Origin: Octopus bimaculoides
Taxonomy: Eukaryota
DNA length: 64,000 bases
Direction: 5' to 3'
Assembly (NCBI RefSeq): GCF_001194135.2
Contig: NC_068989.1
Location: 10,228,094-10,292,093 of the forward strand
The position numbers and the translations under genes were made by a program. Under the pieces are notes generated by a model. That model was not told the origin of the DNA. It saw only the letters and a program-made list of their open reading frames with translations, and made no database searches. This document shows, one piece after another, positions 49,581-63,130 of the stretch (position 1 is the first letter of the stretch; each line of letters starts with the position of its first letter).

Positions 49581-50105
49581 GGCCACCGGAAGGATGCTTG
49601 AGGGCCACATGGACCCTGAGACCGATAGTTGAAACCACTGATCAAAGATAAATGCATTAAAGGAGTAAAACTACTTCAGAATAAGATGCTAAACTGTCTG
49701 GATTGGTTGACATTATAAACCATCCATTTTGTTGATGAGTTGCAATTTTGAAATAAAAAATTCTGAAAGCATCAATGCATTCATTCATAATCACAGTATT
49801 GCAATCTCAAAGACTCTCAATGTTTAAGGTAATAAAAACAATGAAAACGAGTAATGGTGAAACATTTGTAGGTCATTAAATACATTGGATAAATGAGAAA
49901 TATCCTTCTCCACTAAAAAGTCTTCCTAAGGAATTCTACTGGCTAATCCTTTCAGAAGACAACATTTGGAGTTTATTTGGATTTTTTCAATCTGACCAGC
50001 TTAGGTTCATCTCAAAAAGAAATTAACAGACCAATCTATTTTGCATAATTCAAATCTGCTAATTTTATACCAAAATAATCAGACATCTTTGATCAAAACA
50101 TTATA

Positions 50106-50297
50106 TTAAGTTTTTAGCATTTTAACTGGTCATATTTGGCCCAAATATTCAACTAGTTTTATATTAAATCTAACCATTTTATGTTAAAACTAGTTATTCT
50201 AAAATAAGTAATCACATCACTGAAATCTTGAAGCTATGAGATAATGTATGATTAATTCAAAATTACATTTGACAGTAACTTGAATACTAAAGGGTTA
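50106..50297. mobile_element. piggyBac-like MITE (9328 family, diverged)
   Basis: ttaagtttttagcatttt...gaatactaaagggttaa. Confidence 0.6.
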
Positions 50298-50338
50298 AGG
50301 GGGTTTTTGTTTGTTTGTTTTTTTACTTTTTATTTATT

Positions 50339-50398
<60 letters not shown>

Positions 50399-51197
50399 GT
50401 AACAATGTTGGTTAACTGATGCAGGATCTACAACAGGCAACAAACTGACTTCTCTAAAATAAAAAGTGTTATGTCTGAAATTATAACTTCCAGATTTAAT
50501 CTCTCAAAAAGAATTCGTTTTACATAAACTTAGCATATGAATGGGAAGAATAAATGGAATTTTTTACGGCTGTGCTATCATGGGCACATCATTTATGTAA
50601 GTGGAAAAACTTCTAACAGGAATCCGAAATGGATTGCTGGCAGTTTGCCAAAAATTTATCCCCACAGCATAACCGCCACCATACTTTTCTTAAAATTTAA
50701 TTAATTCAAAGAATTCGTTAATTTCTCAAAAATAATTCCTTGCACAATTATCAACCAGTTTTAGCAGACTAAAATATATAAAACTGTATTAATGTGCTTA
50801 ACCTTTAAAGAGAAAGTCTCATAAATTTTGTGAAATTAGCTTTCGAATGCAAATTAATCCCAATTATTTCAGGAATGGTATTATTAAAAGAATAGTGTTA
50901 AGTTTTTGTATTTCTTTTACCACATTTTCTCCAATTATCTAATATACCTGAATGTAATAACATTAAAACCAGCCAAAAGCTGGCATAATTAGATGACTGA
51001 GCAAGGTTGGTCGGAGGCTCATGATTTAGTATGGTTGGTTGGACATTCAACCTGTTTGGCAACAATACATTTTGACACTGGAGGCATACACGCACACATA
51101 CACACAGAAATGTAGACAAGCAGATAGAGAGAAAGAGGAAAAGAGAGACATTGAGACATTACACATACATAAAAACAGCTAGATGCTCATGCACATA

Positions 51198-51269
<72 letters not shown>

Positions 51270-51624
51270 TCTGATGTCAAATATGTGAGCATTGAATCAG
51301 CAATACCAAATATTAAGTGGTACCAAAACAGCTGTGCCAAGACATCTCGTAGCCAAATACTGGAGCAGTCAAACAATCTCGCAAGTCCAACCAGTAGTCC
51401 ACCTGGTTGTGAAGTTATGACAGTCAATGACAGTCTGCAAATCTTGGTCAACTGTCTCTTGCCGAGTTTTCTTTGGATATTCTTTTGATTCCAAAAGAAG
51501 GACCTTCTTCTTTATTTTTAACAATTTTGTTTCAAACAGGGCTTGAGGCCACAGTAGTGTAAGAGATTACAAAGAAAGAAACAAAGGATCCAACAAATTC
51601 AAAAGATATCGATTGACAGAGAGC

Positions 51625-52354
51625 TTAACTCTTTTGATACCAACCCGCCTGAAACCATCTCTATAGTACAAATGTCTTCTTTTCAAAAGTTCTGAATTAG
51701 AATCTTCCACGAAACCTTAGTTACAATTTATGTTCCTAACACTAGCTTAATGATAACTAAGTTATTTTACTAAGTTCTTTGTTATATTCGAAATGAAGTG
51801 AAAGAAACACAAAGCATCTCAATACAAATATGGTAACAAAAGGGTTTAAATATATAATAGAGAAACAATTCTTAACTCTTTCAATACCAAGCCACCTAAA
51901 ACCACCTCTGGCTCTGTAGTACAAATGTCTTGCTTTCATAAGTTTTGGATTAAAATCTTCCACCAAACCTTAGTCACAATTGATGTTCCTCACACTAGTT
52001 TAATGATAACTAAGTTATTTTATTAAATTCTTTGTTATATTTAAAATTAATTGAAAGAAACTTAGAGCCTCTCAACAGAAATATGGTAACAAAAGGGTTA
52101 AAATATATAATAGAGAAACAATTCTTAACCCTTTCAATACCAAGCTGCCTAAAACCACCTCTGGCTCTGTAGCACAAATGTCTTGTTTTCATAAGTTTTG
52201 AATTAAAATCTCCCACCAAACCTTAGTCATAATTTATGTTCCTAACACTAGCTTAATGATAACTAAGTTATTTTACTAAATTCTTTGATATATTTAAAAT
52301 GAAGTGAAAGAAACACAGAGCATCTCAACAGAAATATGGTAACAAAAGGGTTAA
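51625..52354. mobile_element. Three head-to-tail copies of a TTAA-bounded piggyBac-like MITE
   Basis: Units start at TTAA 51625, 51872 and 52125 and each ends ggtaacaaaagggt(t)taa. The spacer atatataatagagaaacaattc is identical between units. Confidence 0.9.
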
Positions 52355-52489
52355 AGGGGCTGAATATTATAGATCAGAAGAGAACAAGATAATGGTAGCG
52401 AGTTTCAGAGAGCAGCAGGAAAGAAGCTATCAGAATGAAAGGACTTTTAACTAACAGGAAGCTCAACAGAGAAACAATGTGCCTGGGAA

Positions 52490-52850
52490 GAAAAGTGGAT
52501 GACTCTTTTAAAGGTCTTGAAAGAAGGTACTAGACTGGAAAGTTCATCAGATCAATGACCATAGAAATACCTCTAGAAAAGACAAATTGAAGAAACATTC
52601 TGAGAATGAGCCTGTGACTCCAGCCTAGATTTTGAAAAAAGGGGCAGAAGACCCACCATGTTAACAACTCAATTCTGGATATGACTGAGCAAGAGAAGAT
52701 ACTCAGAGGAGGCCCCAACTCAAAGATGACAGATGTATTCAAAGCCAGGTCAAATGGTGGCCTTATAGAGGTACAAGAATACACTCAGGCTTCAGAAACT
52801 TACAAGCACAGAAGACAGATCCAACATTCTTGGCAGCTGACCTAGTTGTT
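52490..52850 (+). mobile_element. Possible degraded RTE (BovB-like) C-terminal fragment
   Basis: Short motifs LKEGTR, KDKLKK, AED and RYKNTL..TEDRS in mixed frames. Confidence 0.35.
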
Positions 52851-55210
52851 GAGTTGAAAGATGGTAGGTAAGGCCTAACCTTCTGAAGTTGTGTTTGCAT
52901 ATCATTTTCAACACAAAACACTCCTTAGTTCTTTTACTACTTTACTCACATTTTGTTTTACTATTTTACTTTAATGTCTAAAACCTCATGGAGGTTTTTT
53001 CACCAAAACAATATCCATTTTCCCTTCCTGGATGCATTCAAAGATTTACAACCATACAGAAAATTGAAATTATTTAATTATATCATGATCAATTGGTGAG
53101 GAGCTATTGACACTTTCCCAAAGCGTGTAAAAGTTCTGATTATATTAATATATTTTAAATTGCATTAATACAACTCCCAAAATGTAACTGATACAAGGTA
53201 ATGCCAAACCTGCATCAGAGTGCCAAGCTTGTTACAATATGCCAAGCCTGTTACTTACGTTAAGCCCGCTGGTGTGTAGTTTCAAGTACACTATAATGAC
53301 ACATCTACTGAATGGCTTACTAAAGTAGACCAAACTACAACAAGCAACGTTGATCTTATTCCAAGTTCTCAATAACTTAGAATGAGTATGTGCCTGATAA
53401 GCCCTGATTGTAATGAACTGGGATACCAAATACATATAAATTCTAACTTACTAAATTAACCAACTGGGAATAAGGTTTGAAGCTTAAAACTTTGAACATT
53501 TCCTTATATGTTATAATTCATAATATTCTATTACTAACACTTGGTTACGGTTTTGGTTAGTCAATCTAAACAATACATATTCACATAATACAAAGAATTA
53601 AAACTGAGAAATGCTTAAACCTTCCTAAAGCATTTCCCTTGCCACAGCTACCAAAGTTTTGAATCATAAACAAAATAGGTCAACAAGGGAGGTTTTACAA
53701 AGTCACTCAACCTGCTAGATATAGCAGTCAAATCACTTGTAAATCACAGTCTACCATGTAAAATACAGAATACACTAGACAATGTAGTCCTTTATATACA
53801 AACTGAGATGGTTACATCAGGGATGTTTTTTTTATCAGGGGTCTGTTTGATCAGGGCTGACATGAGCCTAAATAACAACAAAATATACTATTACATCAAA
53901 GTATATAGCAAAATAAGCATGTAACACATCCAGTTAACCCCCCACTGTGCCCTGACCTCCCAAACAGTGGTGTGGTGAAGTGTGTACAATACAATCTCAT
54001 ATCAAACTGAAGATATGACATCAGTCTCAGACACGTCTGACAGAAAGTATTAAACACTTGACTTTTTTTTCAGAGAAAGATTTATAGACAAAGAGAGACG
54101 ACATAACACTCATGTCTTACTACATGGTACGAGTAATAATGTCAGAGAAAGTCATTCCAACTAGGAGTTGAAACTGTTGCAAACTCATCAGAAATGCGAG
54201 AAATTATACCGTTCATTCTTAGATATATTTCCTTCACTGAATGGCACTGATGATCCCTAAGGTGAAGGACTTCAGATCAAATACTAGTAAGTTAATCCAG
54301 TAGGAGGGGCCTCACATCAGTGATGGGGGAGCCAGTGCATATTAAAACCATCGAAGAATAGTAGGTGGAGAAGAAGGATGGAGAATTAATTCACAAAGTA
54401 ATGAAGGCTGGTTTGTAAACGTGAATTACTTAATTCGGCTTAAATATCTTACCTGATAAAATCAAATTGAAAATAAACATTATCCTTTATTCTTTTATGT
54501 TAAATAAATAAAACCTGTATATCTTGAAATCATTATTGTGTAAATGTATGAAGAAATCAACATTACATGCTCAAAAGTTCATAGAGTATATGAGACTTCA
54601 AAAGTGCCAAGAATTGATTTAATAGCTTGTATATTTTTAGTATACCAATATCAAGTTCAGGCTTACCAAAGTAGTTGTCTGTTTTGTTTTTATTTTATTT
54701 TTTCTGTTTTTTTTTTTAAGGTGGAAGAGAAGTATGGTAGTATGTACAATGAGCTCCTAAGATGAGACTACAAGAAAACCCAGTTTACTGCCAAAGTTAA
54801 CATCATTCATTTACTCTATCAAAACACTTGTGATAAAATATGTCAGTACTGTAAATACAAAATGCAAATAAATTTTTGAAAAAAATAACAGCCAAGCTTT
54901 ATACACAAATTTGCCTTTGTAAATCTTGAATGAGAATATAGTTTTCTCACAAAGCAATTTGCAGCTCATTAATCGTGAAAAATGGACTCTTTGTATTTAC
55001 AGGGAACATGAGGAGCAGGGAATGGGTATCTCCTGAAGTTAAATAAAGCTTTATTCAAAAACATAGCCTAAACCACTGCTTGAATAAATAGAAACCATAG
55101 TACACTTCAAATCAGCAGGAGTGAAACAAAACTAGAATTACAGGTATTTAACAGTCTTTTCCTTCAGTCATTTCCCCAAATCACTAATATTAGTGGTCAA
55201 AATGGGAGAC

Positions 55211-55570
55211 CTCCAAAGGATCTCTGGCATATCATTACTTGACAAGAGGCATAGCTCAGAGGTTACGAAGTTTTCCCAGGTTGATCCACCACTTCTCCAC
55301 ATTGAGAGGTCACAGCTCCAGTACTATTAATATGTGATTAGAATGCTGCAAGACAGATTCTTTAAGCCAAGCCAATTAACAGGATCCCTAGAGGTAGACC
55401 AAGAATGAGATGCTTGGATAATATTCATAGTCTCAGATAATCACACTTGGGAATCCAGTTATAAAGTGTAATGACAGTTACTTCTGAGTGGACCCTATAG
55501 AGAAGGTGCCTAAGGGTTCTAGCCCCACAGAACTCCCAAGAATAGTGGAAGGAGAAGATAGGTGGATGGA
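55211..55570 (+). mobile_element. RTE LINE (Rex3/Expander-like) 3' end
   Basis: LQRISGISLLDKRHSSEV..VDPPLLHIERSQLQYY*YVIRM...PRGRPRMRCLDNIHSL..HLGIQ, ending in a gatagg-tggatgg tail; fits the RTE RT C-terminus (LLxIERSQLRW, RGRPRxRW). Confidence 0.82.
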
Positions 55571-55633
55571 ACAGTCTTCTACACTGAAGCAAAATATTTG
55601 TGGCATTAGCAGCAGAGCAGAAGCTAATAATAT

Positions 55634-55905
55634 CTGGCATGCCCGTGCCAGTGGTACATAAAAAGCACCATCTAAACGTGGTCAATGCCAGTGCCACCTG
55701 ATTGGCTCCCATGCCCGTGGCATGTAAAAGGCACCCACTACACTCTTGGAGTGGTTGGCGTTAGGAAGAGTATCCAGCTGTAGAAACCTTGCCAGATCAG
55801 ATTGGAGCCTGGTGCAGCTTACTGGCTTGCCAGTCCTCACTCAGATCGTCCAATCCATGCCAGCATGGAAAATGAACTTTAAACAATGATGATGATGATG
55901 ATGAT
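55634..55905 (+). mobile_element. Family C repeat
   Basis: ggtacataaaaagcacc...gcgttaggaagagtatcc...(atg)n. Confidence 0.85.
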
Positions 55906-56249
55906 AATGATTACAAGACAGTTTTGTTTTCAGACTCAGTAGATTTCCCACCACCATTACCACCATTTTACTCCAGGACAATTATCTTATGACTGAATAC
56001 TGTTCATTACCCATCAAAAAGATGATACATTTAAATGGACACCTGTTTATATTATATTTACTAATGAATTACAATTATTATTATTGAAATTATTATATTA
56101 CAACTCCATTATTGCTTTGTTATGTTTATATATTGCCTTTAGCATCATTATTGTTCTAATATTTTTGTTATTACAGCAATATGGATGACAATCTGTTTTT
56201 CATTCTATCTGTATACAATGACAACACATACATCTGAATAACATTCAAT

Positions 56250-56506
56250 GATTTATTCTTTTACATGTTTCAGTCATTTGACTGCAGCCATGATGGGGCA
56301 CCACCTTCAAGGGTTTTAGTCGAAGAAATCGACCCTAGGATTATTCTTTGTAAGGCTAGTACTTATTCTATCAGTCCCTTTTGCTGAACTGCTAAGTTAG
56401 AGACATAAATACACTAGTAGAAAACACTTGCCCAAGGTGCCACACAGTGGGACTGAACCCAGAACCATGTAGTTGGGAAGCAAGCTTCTTACCACACAGC
56501 TACGCC
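56250..56506 (-). mobile_element. Family A SINE lacking the central region
   Basis: gtttcagtcatttgactgcagccatg...gctaagttag joined to gtagaaaacacttgcccaaggtgcc...ccacacagc. Confidence 0.82.
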
Positions 56507-56841
56507 CGATAACTTTTTATTGAAACATTTCAACTAAGAACTTCTACAATTAATTTTACCAAAATTTCAGTATTACTGAAGTAAGATATTTTACAACACA
56601 TTATCCTTCTTACAACTTCTTAACAACCATTCAACTTGAATGGCCTCTTTTTTTTTTTTTTTTTTTAAGCATGACACCTAATTTTCACTCATGCAGACGA
56701 TGACAGCTAATGTGACTTATACCCATGTGACCAAACTACAACAGCCAATGAATGACAAAGCCTGAACTGAAGGGCAGAAGTGATAGTCTACAGTATAACC
56801 TAAATTTACATTTATCAAGAATTACGAAGACAAAATAAATT

Positions 56842-57005
56842 AGGCGCAGGAGTGGCTGTGTGGTAAGTAGCTTGCTTACCAACTACATGGTTCAGAGTTC
56901 AGTCCCACTGCGTGGCACCTTGGGCAAGTGTCTTCTACTATAGCCTCGGGCCGACCAAAGCCTTGTGAGTGGATTTGGTAGACGGAAACTGAAAGAAGCC
57001 CGTCG

Positions 57006-57060
<55 letters not shown>

Positions 57061-57297
57061 ATATATATGTGTGTGTGTGTATATATGTTTGTGTGTCTGT
57101 ATTTGTCCCCCCAACTTCGCTTGACAACCGATGCTGGTGAGTTTACGTCCCCATAACTTAGCGGTTCAGCAAAAAGAGACTGATAGAATAAGTACTAGGC
57201 TTACAACGAATAAGTCCTGGGGTCGATTTGCTCGACTAAAGGCGGTGCTCCAGCATGGCCGCAGTCAAATGACTGAAACAAGTTAAAGAGTAAAAGA
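56842..57297 (+). mobile_element. Family A SINE, full length, low divergence
   Basis: tRNA-like head with A box (tggctgtgtggt) and B box (gagttcagtccc), internal (TA)n(TG)n, and a (gagtaaaa)-type tail. Confidence 0.93.
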
Positions 57298-57789
57298 ATC
57301 TTTATTCCACCAATCCTGAATTTTTGCTTTTTGATAGAATTGAAACTTATTATTTTCTTTGTCAGAAACTAATAATGCCAAATTCATTCACTAAGTTCCT
57401 CAACCAAACACAAATTCTTTCTATTAGTTCCTATTTATTTATTTATTCATGCTGCAATTTGTGAACAATAGTACAGATGATAACAGGTTTCAAACAGGCT
57501 AATCATTGGTTTTACTGAATTTCTTTATAATAAGAATGGATTATCAGTGAAGCATTACAATGAAACTGAGAGAAAGATTAATAAATCTATAAACCACAAT
57601 GACCAAATTGCTTAGACTTATGACAAAACAAATGACTGCTTTATAAGGAAACATACATCTGTAGTATGAAATTAGAATTTCCAAATTAACATATGAACAA
57701 TCCTCACAGTGATGATTAGGTGAACTTATGCAAACTACCACAGCATTGCTACCACTGTCACTACCACCCTTGTTTTCCCATGTTTGATA

Positions 57790-58490
57790 TGATCTCTTTT
57801 CCATTTCCTTCTTGTGCTTTGTTGTCCAAACACACCAACACCGCACATGTTTCACTACTCTTCCACATCACACTTCATACACAAGGTTTTGTTGCCAGTA
57901 TAGGTCATGACTCTGAACTTTTTCCACCCCAGTTTTACTCTGGTTAACCTCTCCTTCATTGGACACTGAACTCGGCTTGCGAAGACCTGTTGGGGCAAAT
58001 GAAATCAAAGTCGTGATGGCACCTGTACAAACTTCTACAGTTATCCAATGAGTAAAAAACACCAGTGATGCACAAACCTGAACTGTATCTCATCTAAGCT
58101 AATTTTCTTAATTCGTTAGTCATACTATAATGTCTTCTGTTATATTCATAACTTGACCCATTAGTTTGATGTTTCCCTTCTAAGATGTTTCTTCTCCTTT
58201 GCCCTTTGTAACAGTTAACAATGATACTGATATGCCAGTCACTAGGAGTGACTCTTTCCTGTATTTCTCCCTTAATTATGCCAGCAATTAACAGGTGTCC
58301 TGCTTCACCATTTTTCACTATCTCAACAACTATCTTTCATGGTCCAGTTGCATTCTCTGTCGTTATAACCTTAATAGCCATTTTAATCATATAGCTCCTT
58401 GGGGTAGTCCCACTCTCGGCTATGCATTCTCTTTATTCAGCAACCTCTCACTGTAATATTCTCATATCTCTTTCTTGAAGGTATCATTGA
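57790..58490 (-). mobile_element. Internally deleted RTE reverse-transcriptase fragment
   Basis: Minus strand EYYSERLLNKENA, ERVTPSDWHISIIVNCYKG, LDEIQF, then a jump to RVKLGWKKFR; these match RTE ORF motifs (IPxDWxxSxIVNCYKGKGD, LDEMQFGF, GWxKFREL). Confidence 0.8.
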
Positions 58491-60853
58491 GCACATGTGA
58501 TAACTACATACAAACTTTTCACCATTGAAATCCTGATTCACACTGATATTCCGCTTTCGAATTCAGAACATTGGAACATTCTGATTCTCACATTACAGAA
58601 CACTGACAATCACTTATTTTCTACTTCTCTCTTTCTCTCTCTCTCTCTCCCCTCACCCCCTATGTACCATGCCTATAGACATCAACAATCATGGGCCTCC
58701 ATGCCAAAGTTTAAAAATCTACGATTTTTCTAAAGACAGATACACCAATGGTTTCCTGTTACTTTCTGCTAGTCCTCTGCTTTCTAAAGTTTACCCTTAA
58801 GACAAAGAGCCTATTTCACTCTTAGACAAGAGAACTGCTTGACATGACTTCAGAGGATGTTCACACACTGGTGACCCTGAGTGATACTTATTTAGGGGTC
58901 AGCCCTCATCCAAGAAGTGTATGCCTTAACCACAAGACCATCTTCTGCTGTTTTGCTATTTGAGCAATATCTAAGGCCCCAACAGGTACCGCCACCTCAG
59001 ACCAGAGCAGAACTGGGAGTAGTGGTGACTAAGGAGTAACTCCAATACTTCCCACGAAAATTCCTGAACTCCCAGCCTGGGGCCTCGCCAGCTTGGGTAC
59101 TTCCATATCTTGCCCAGGAATATTATGTTACTTGAATCAATCAATGAAGTTCAGAATTAATTCTCTGCCTAATAATTAGCATTATAGACCATTGAGAGAT
59201 AAAACACACACTCTCACAAAAATCCCTGCTATTTTTCTCAATACACAGACCTGCTTAAATATTACTAGAGTATACATGAAAAACAACTTTTTCCGCTTAC
59301 ATCACAAAGCAAAGTACCATTAAACTGACCTACTGAATTGAAATCATAATCACCATTATTATAAATTCAATACATCCCTGTACAGCCAGTAAGATATCTT
59401 AACCACTCAATAAACTTATTAACAATAAATATCTTTAGTAGAGAGATGACTCATTTTCTTTTAAGCCTTTGATCCAATAAAAGTATACATGAATCAGAAG
59501 TAATCACTAATATTTCATGAAAATCTATACAACTAAGGGCGGTTGTCTTTACTAGCTTGCTTGTGACACACAGCTCTTTCAATATTTGTTTTTTTTAAAT
59601 TTTTCATTGGTAACTACATGTGAACACAGTGGTATATAGAATACAGCCAATTACATTAACTTCCCTCCGACCAGCTCTCATTTTTATCAACCAAAGAAGG
59701 ACAGAAGACGAAAAGGACGTAGGCATAATCTGAGCTCAGCATAAGAGGGTGTAAACAAATACCACAAGCTATTTAGCTTGATGCTCTACAGATTCTGACA
59801 GTCTACCTGCAAATATTCTGAGCTCATCTGTTATGAGCAGCAAGTTTCAGTATTCTTTCTTTCTCTTTCCTTTTTTTCATACATGATAATATTTCCAAAA
59901 CATTTTTAAACGTGAAACCATCTTAATCCCAGCATTTAAGTTTGTTTACCTTAGCTATTTATTACTCCTACATGTATACTTTTAGCATGTTGCTTGTGAA
60001 TGTAATAGCAGGCTGTTTGTCTGGTTACATGCACAGCTAACTCTAGTGCTATTATGTGTTGTCTCTGAGACATGCAGTCTGATTTTTTTTTCGTTTCTCT
60101 ATATAACTACATTTGACAGAAGCTAGACACAAACCCTACTACAAACACAATGAGCCCAACGCAACGAGCTGGAGATGCTGGATACGCCTGCCCATTCTAG
60201 AGGTCATCTCTATTGTTTTCAATTAATTGTTTTGAAGCCATTGTCTGCATCGCTTCAATAACACAAAAAAAAACCAGTTCATTTCTCCCCCTCTTTCTCT
60301 CCCACTTCATTTTTTTTTTTCACCACTTCCTTCACAATTAGAATAGAACCTTCTGTGGAGCAGTTAGTTCTGCCTTGATTTTCCTATATATGTCTACAGA
60401 GATTATCAGATTTCTATTTCGAAGATGAAGACAGTGTTGGAGGAGGGTCATATGAAGCCCGGTAATTTGAGAACAGCTTCAACGCTGTAACACGATACAG
60501 AGGAGATGGGGAGAAAGAAACTGAATGAATATCCTAGTAGAACAATTCAAGCATCAACTTTAACCCTTCTTCTTTTATTATTCGCATGACCCTAGCTGTT
60601 CAATGAAATATTTTGTTTCCATGTAAATAAAATCCTGACAACCTCAAATTTAACACAGTTTTTAAACAACCTACATAGTCAAAACAGCCACAAAGGTTAT
60701 GATCACCAAACAAAAAATATATAAAATTACATAATTACCAAGAGTGAATTAGAGAATGAACCGTCACTGTCAATTTGTAAAAGCAATTTAGAAGTAAACT
60801 AAATACCAAAGTTATTCCAAGATTCTAAAACTAAAATTCTAAAAATAATTTAG

Positions 60854-61415
60854 GATGCAGACATGGCTGTGTGATTAAGAAGCTTGCTTTGCAGCCACGT
60901 AGTTTCCGGTTCAGTCCCACTGCATAGCACTTTGGGCATGTCTTCTACTGTATCCCAAAAACCAATCAATGCCTTGTGATTAATTTTGATAAAGGGAAAC
61001 AGTGTAGAAGCCTATCGTGTGTGTGTGTGTGTGTGTGTTTGACTGCCAGTGTTGGTTTGTTTACATTACTGTAACACTAGTGGTTCAGCAAAAGAGACTG
61101 ACAGAATAAGTAACTAAGTACCAAGTACTAAGGTTTGCAGGGTGTACAAATGACTAAGATCACATTGTCTCTGAATGGGACGTCAGTCTAGTGCAGGGTC
61201 GCTCATTTAAGTTGAGTGGACTGGAGCAACATGACAGGAAGCACCACTCAATCCAGGATATGAAACCAGGATCTTAAAACCACAGAGCTACATGCCTTCA
61301 AGATAGGATAAGCACCAGACTTCAAAATAAGTGCTGAGGTTAACTTATCCAACTAAACATTTTCAACGCAGTACTCCAGCATGGCCACAGTCTGACAAGT
61401 GAAACAAGTAAAAAA
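60854..61415 (+). mobile_element. Family A SINE with an inserted minus-strand CORE-like SINE piece (~61175-61300)
   Basis: gatgcagacatggctgtgtgattaagaagc...gcagtactccagcatggccacagtc; internal gagtggactggagcaac. Confidence 0.7.
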
Positions 61416-61954
61416 GATAAATCAACCACAATTAATTTTTTTGTTATTAAAACAATAACAACAGTAAATTATAATACATGAACCAATATCTTCAGCCTGT
61501 AGAACATCATCTGCCACAATGAGTAACCTAGAAACAATGGAATAACCAAGGTACTGAAACATTAAACGCACAACTCCCCCAAATTTGCGAGTTCAGATTT
61601 TATTACAAATGGCAAAATAAGATGCTTGGATTCAATATACTGGAATTAAATGGAATTTTACTGGATCCAGCATGACAAAATTCCCAAAGGAACCTACCCA
61701 ACAACTACTTGCAATTTATATTAAGAACAATTTAATAAGAACAAGAAAAATAATTTCTAGCTTCACATTTGAGTTTAGCAATAATTTCACTAATTAATGT
61801 TTTGCTGTTGTCTTTTTTTTTTTTTTTTTTTTTAGGTTTAAATCTTTGGTTTACTTAATGTGCCATCTCTCTCAGGGCCAATGAATTACCACAGGGCATC
61901 ATTTCTTAAAATGATAAATGCCACATTTGATGATGTATAAGGTTTTTTTATGTT

Positions 61955-62525
61955 TTACTTGTTTCTGTCATTAGACTGTGGCCATGCTGGGGCACACCTC
62001 CAGTACTTACTTCTTTTTCAAGCCTTGTACTTTATTGTAGTTTTTGTTGAACCGCTATGTTATGGGAACATTAACACACTAGCACCAGTTGTCAAGCGGT
62101 GATGGAGGATAAACACAGGCACAAGACACACGCATAGATATACAGGGTGGCCCAAAATTTAGGTTTACAGTTATCATGTAGGCACTTTGAATTTCTTTTA
62201 AAACATTTTATTACATTTATATTTCTATCTTACAATTAACTAAATTAGCATAGAATAATGGTTTCATATTTCTTTTTTAATTAAGATCTAAACTGTTAAT
62301 ATATGAATGCGAAAGAGATAGTTGAATAACTGTAAACCTATATTTGGGCCACCCTGTATATACTATAGTCTTCTTTCAGTTTTTGTCTATCAAGTCTACG
62401 CACAAGGCTTTGGTCGGCCTGGGGCTATAGTAGAAGACACTTGCCCAAGGTGTCACACAATAGAACCAGACCCAGAACCATGTGGTTAAGAAGCAAACTT
62501 TTAATCACACAGCCATGTCTGCGCC
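61955..62525 (-). mobile_element. Family A SINE hosting a mariner-type MITE
   Basis: Family A halves flank 62143-62356. Confidence 0.8.
62143..62356. mobile_element. Tc1/mariner MITE, 214 bp
   Basis: TA-cagggtggcccaaaatttaggtttacagttat ... ataactgtaaacctatatttgggccaccctg-TA; TIRs of ~31 bp. Confidence 0.92.
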
Positions 62526-62549
62526 TATAGATATACACAGCTACAGTGT

Positions 62550-62925
62550 AGGCGCAATGGCCTAGTGGTTAGGGCAGTGGATTCGTGGTCATAGATCGCC
62601 GTTTCAATCCCTAGATCGGGCATTGTGAGTGTTTATTGAGCGAAAACACATAAAGCTCCACCAGGCTCCGGCAGGGGATGGTGGCGAACCCTGCTGTACT
62701 CTTCCACCACAACTTTCTCTCACTCTTACTTCCTGTTTCTGTTGTACCTGTATTTCAAAGGGCCAGCCTTGTCACACTCTGTGTCACACTGAATCTCCCC
62801 GAGAACTACATTAAGGGTACACATATCTGTGGAGTGTTCAGCCACTTGCACGTTAATTTCACAAGCAGGCTGTTCCATTGATAGGATCAACTGGAACCCT
62901 TGTCGTCATAACCAACCGAGTGCCA
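62550..62925 (+). mobile_element. Family D SINE
   Basis: Colinear with 31611-32010. Confidence 0.9.
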
Positions 62926-62939
62926 TGACACAGGCACAT

Positions 62940-63130
62940 CTGCACCAAAAAAAAAATGTACATGTTTCAAAAAATAATACATCTCAAAAAAGTCACCCCA
63001 GATCCTACATGGGAAGTTGGACCTCCCACAAGCTGTAATATATTAAAATCTTGTTTCTTAACTGATTATGTGCTGCTGAAACTGGGCTGTGTCTAATATG
63101 CTCGTATGTTTTTTATGCCATCAAATACAG
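62940..63130. mobile_element. TA-flanked MITE, copy 3 (right TIR intact)
   Basis: aaaagtcaccccagat...ttttttatgccatcaaatacag-ta; homologous to 42587-42776. Confidence 0.65.

Noticed and set aside
50341-50394. About 54-nt poly-T as a retrocopy tail
   Set aside because: No TSD, no properly spaced polyadenylation signal, and no recognisable parent sequence.
50948-51077. 130-nt minus-strand exon-like unit
   Set aside because: Weak donor (gtatat), microsatellite-derived acceptor, unrecognised peptide.
51270-51500. Coding-like stretch with YPKKTRQETVDQDL resembling an RTE C-terminus
   Set aside because: A single short motif with no supporting neighbours; too weak to call.
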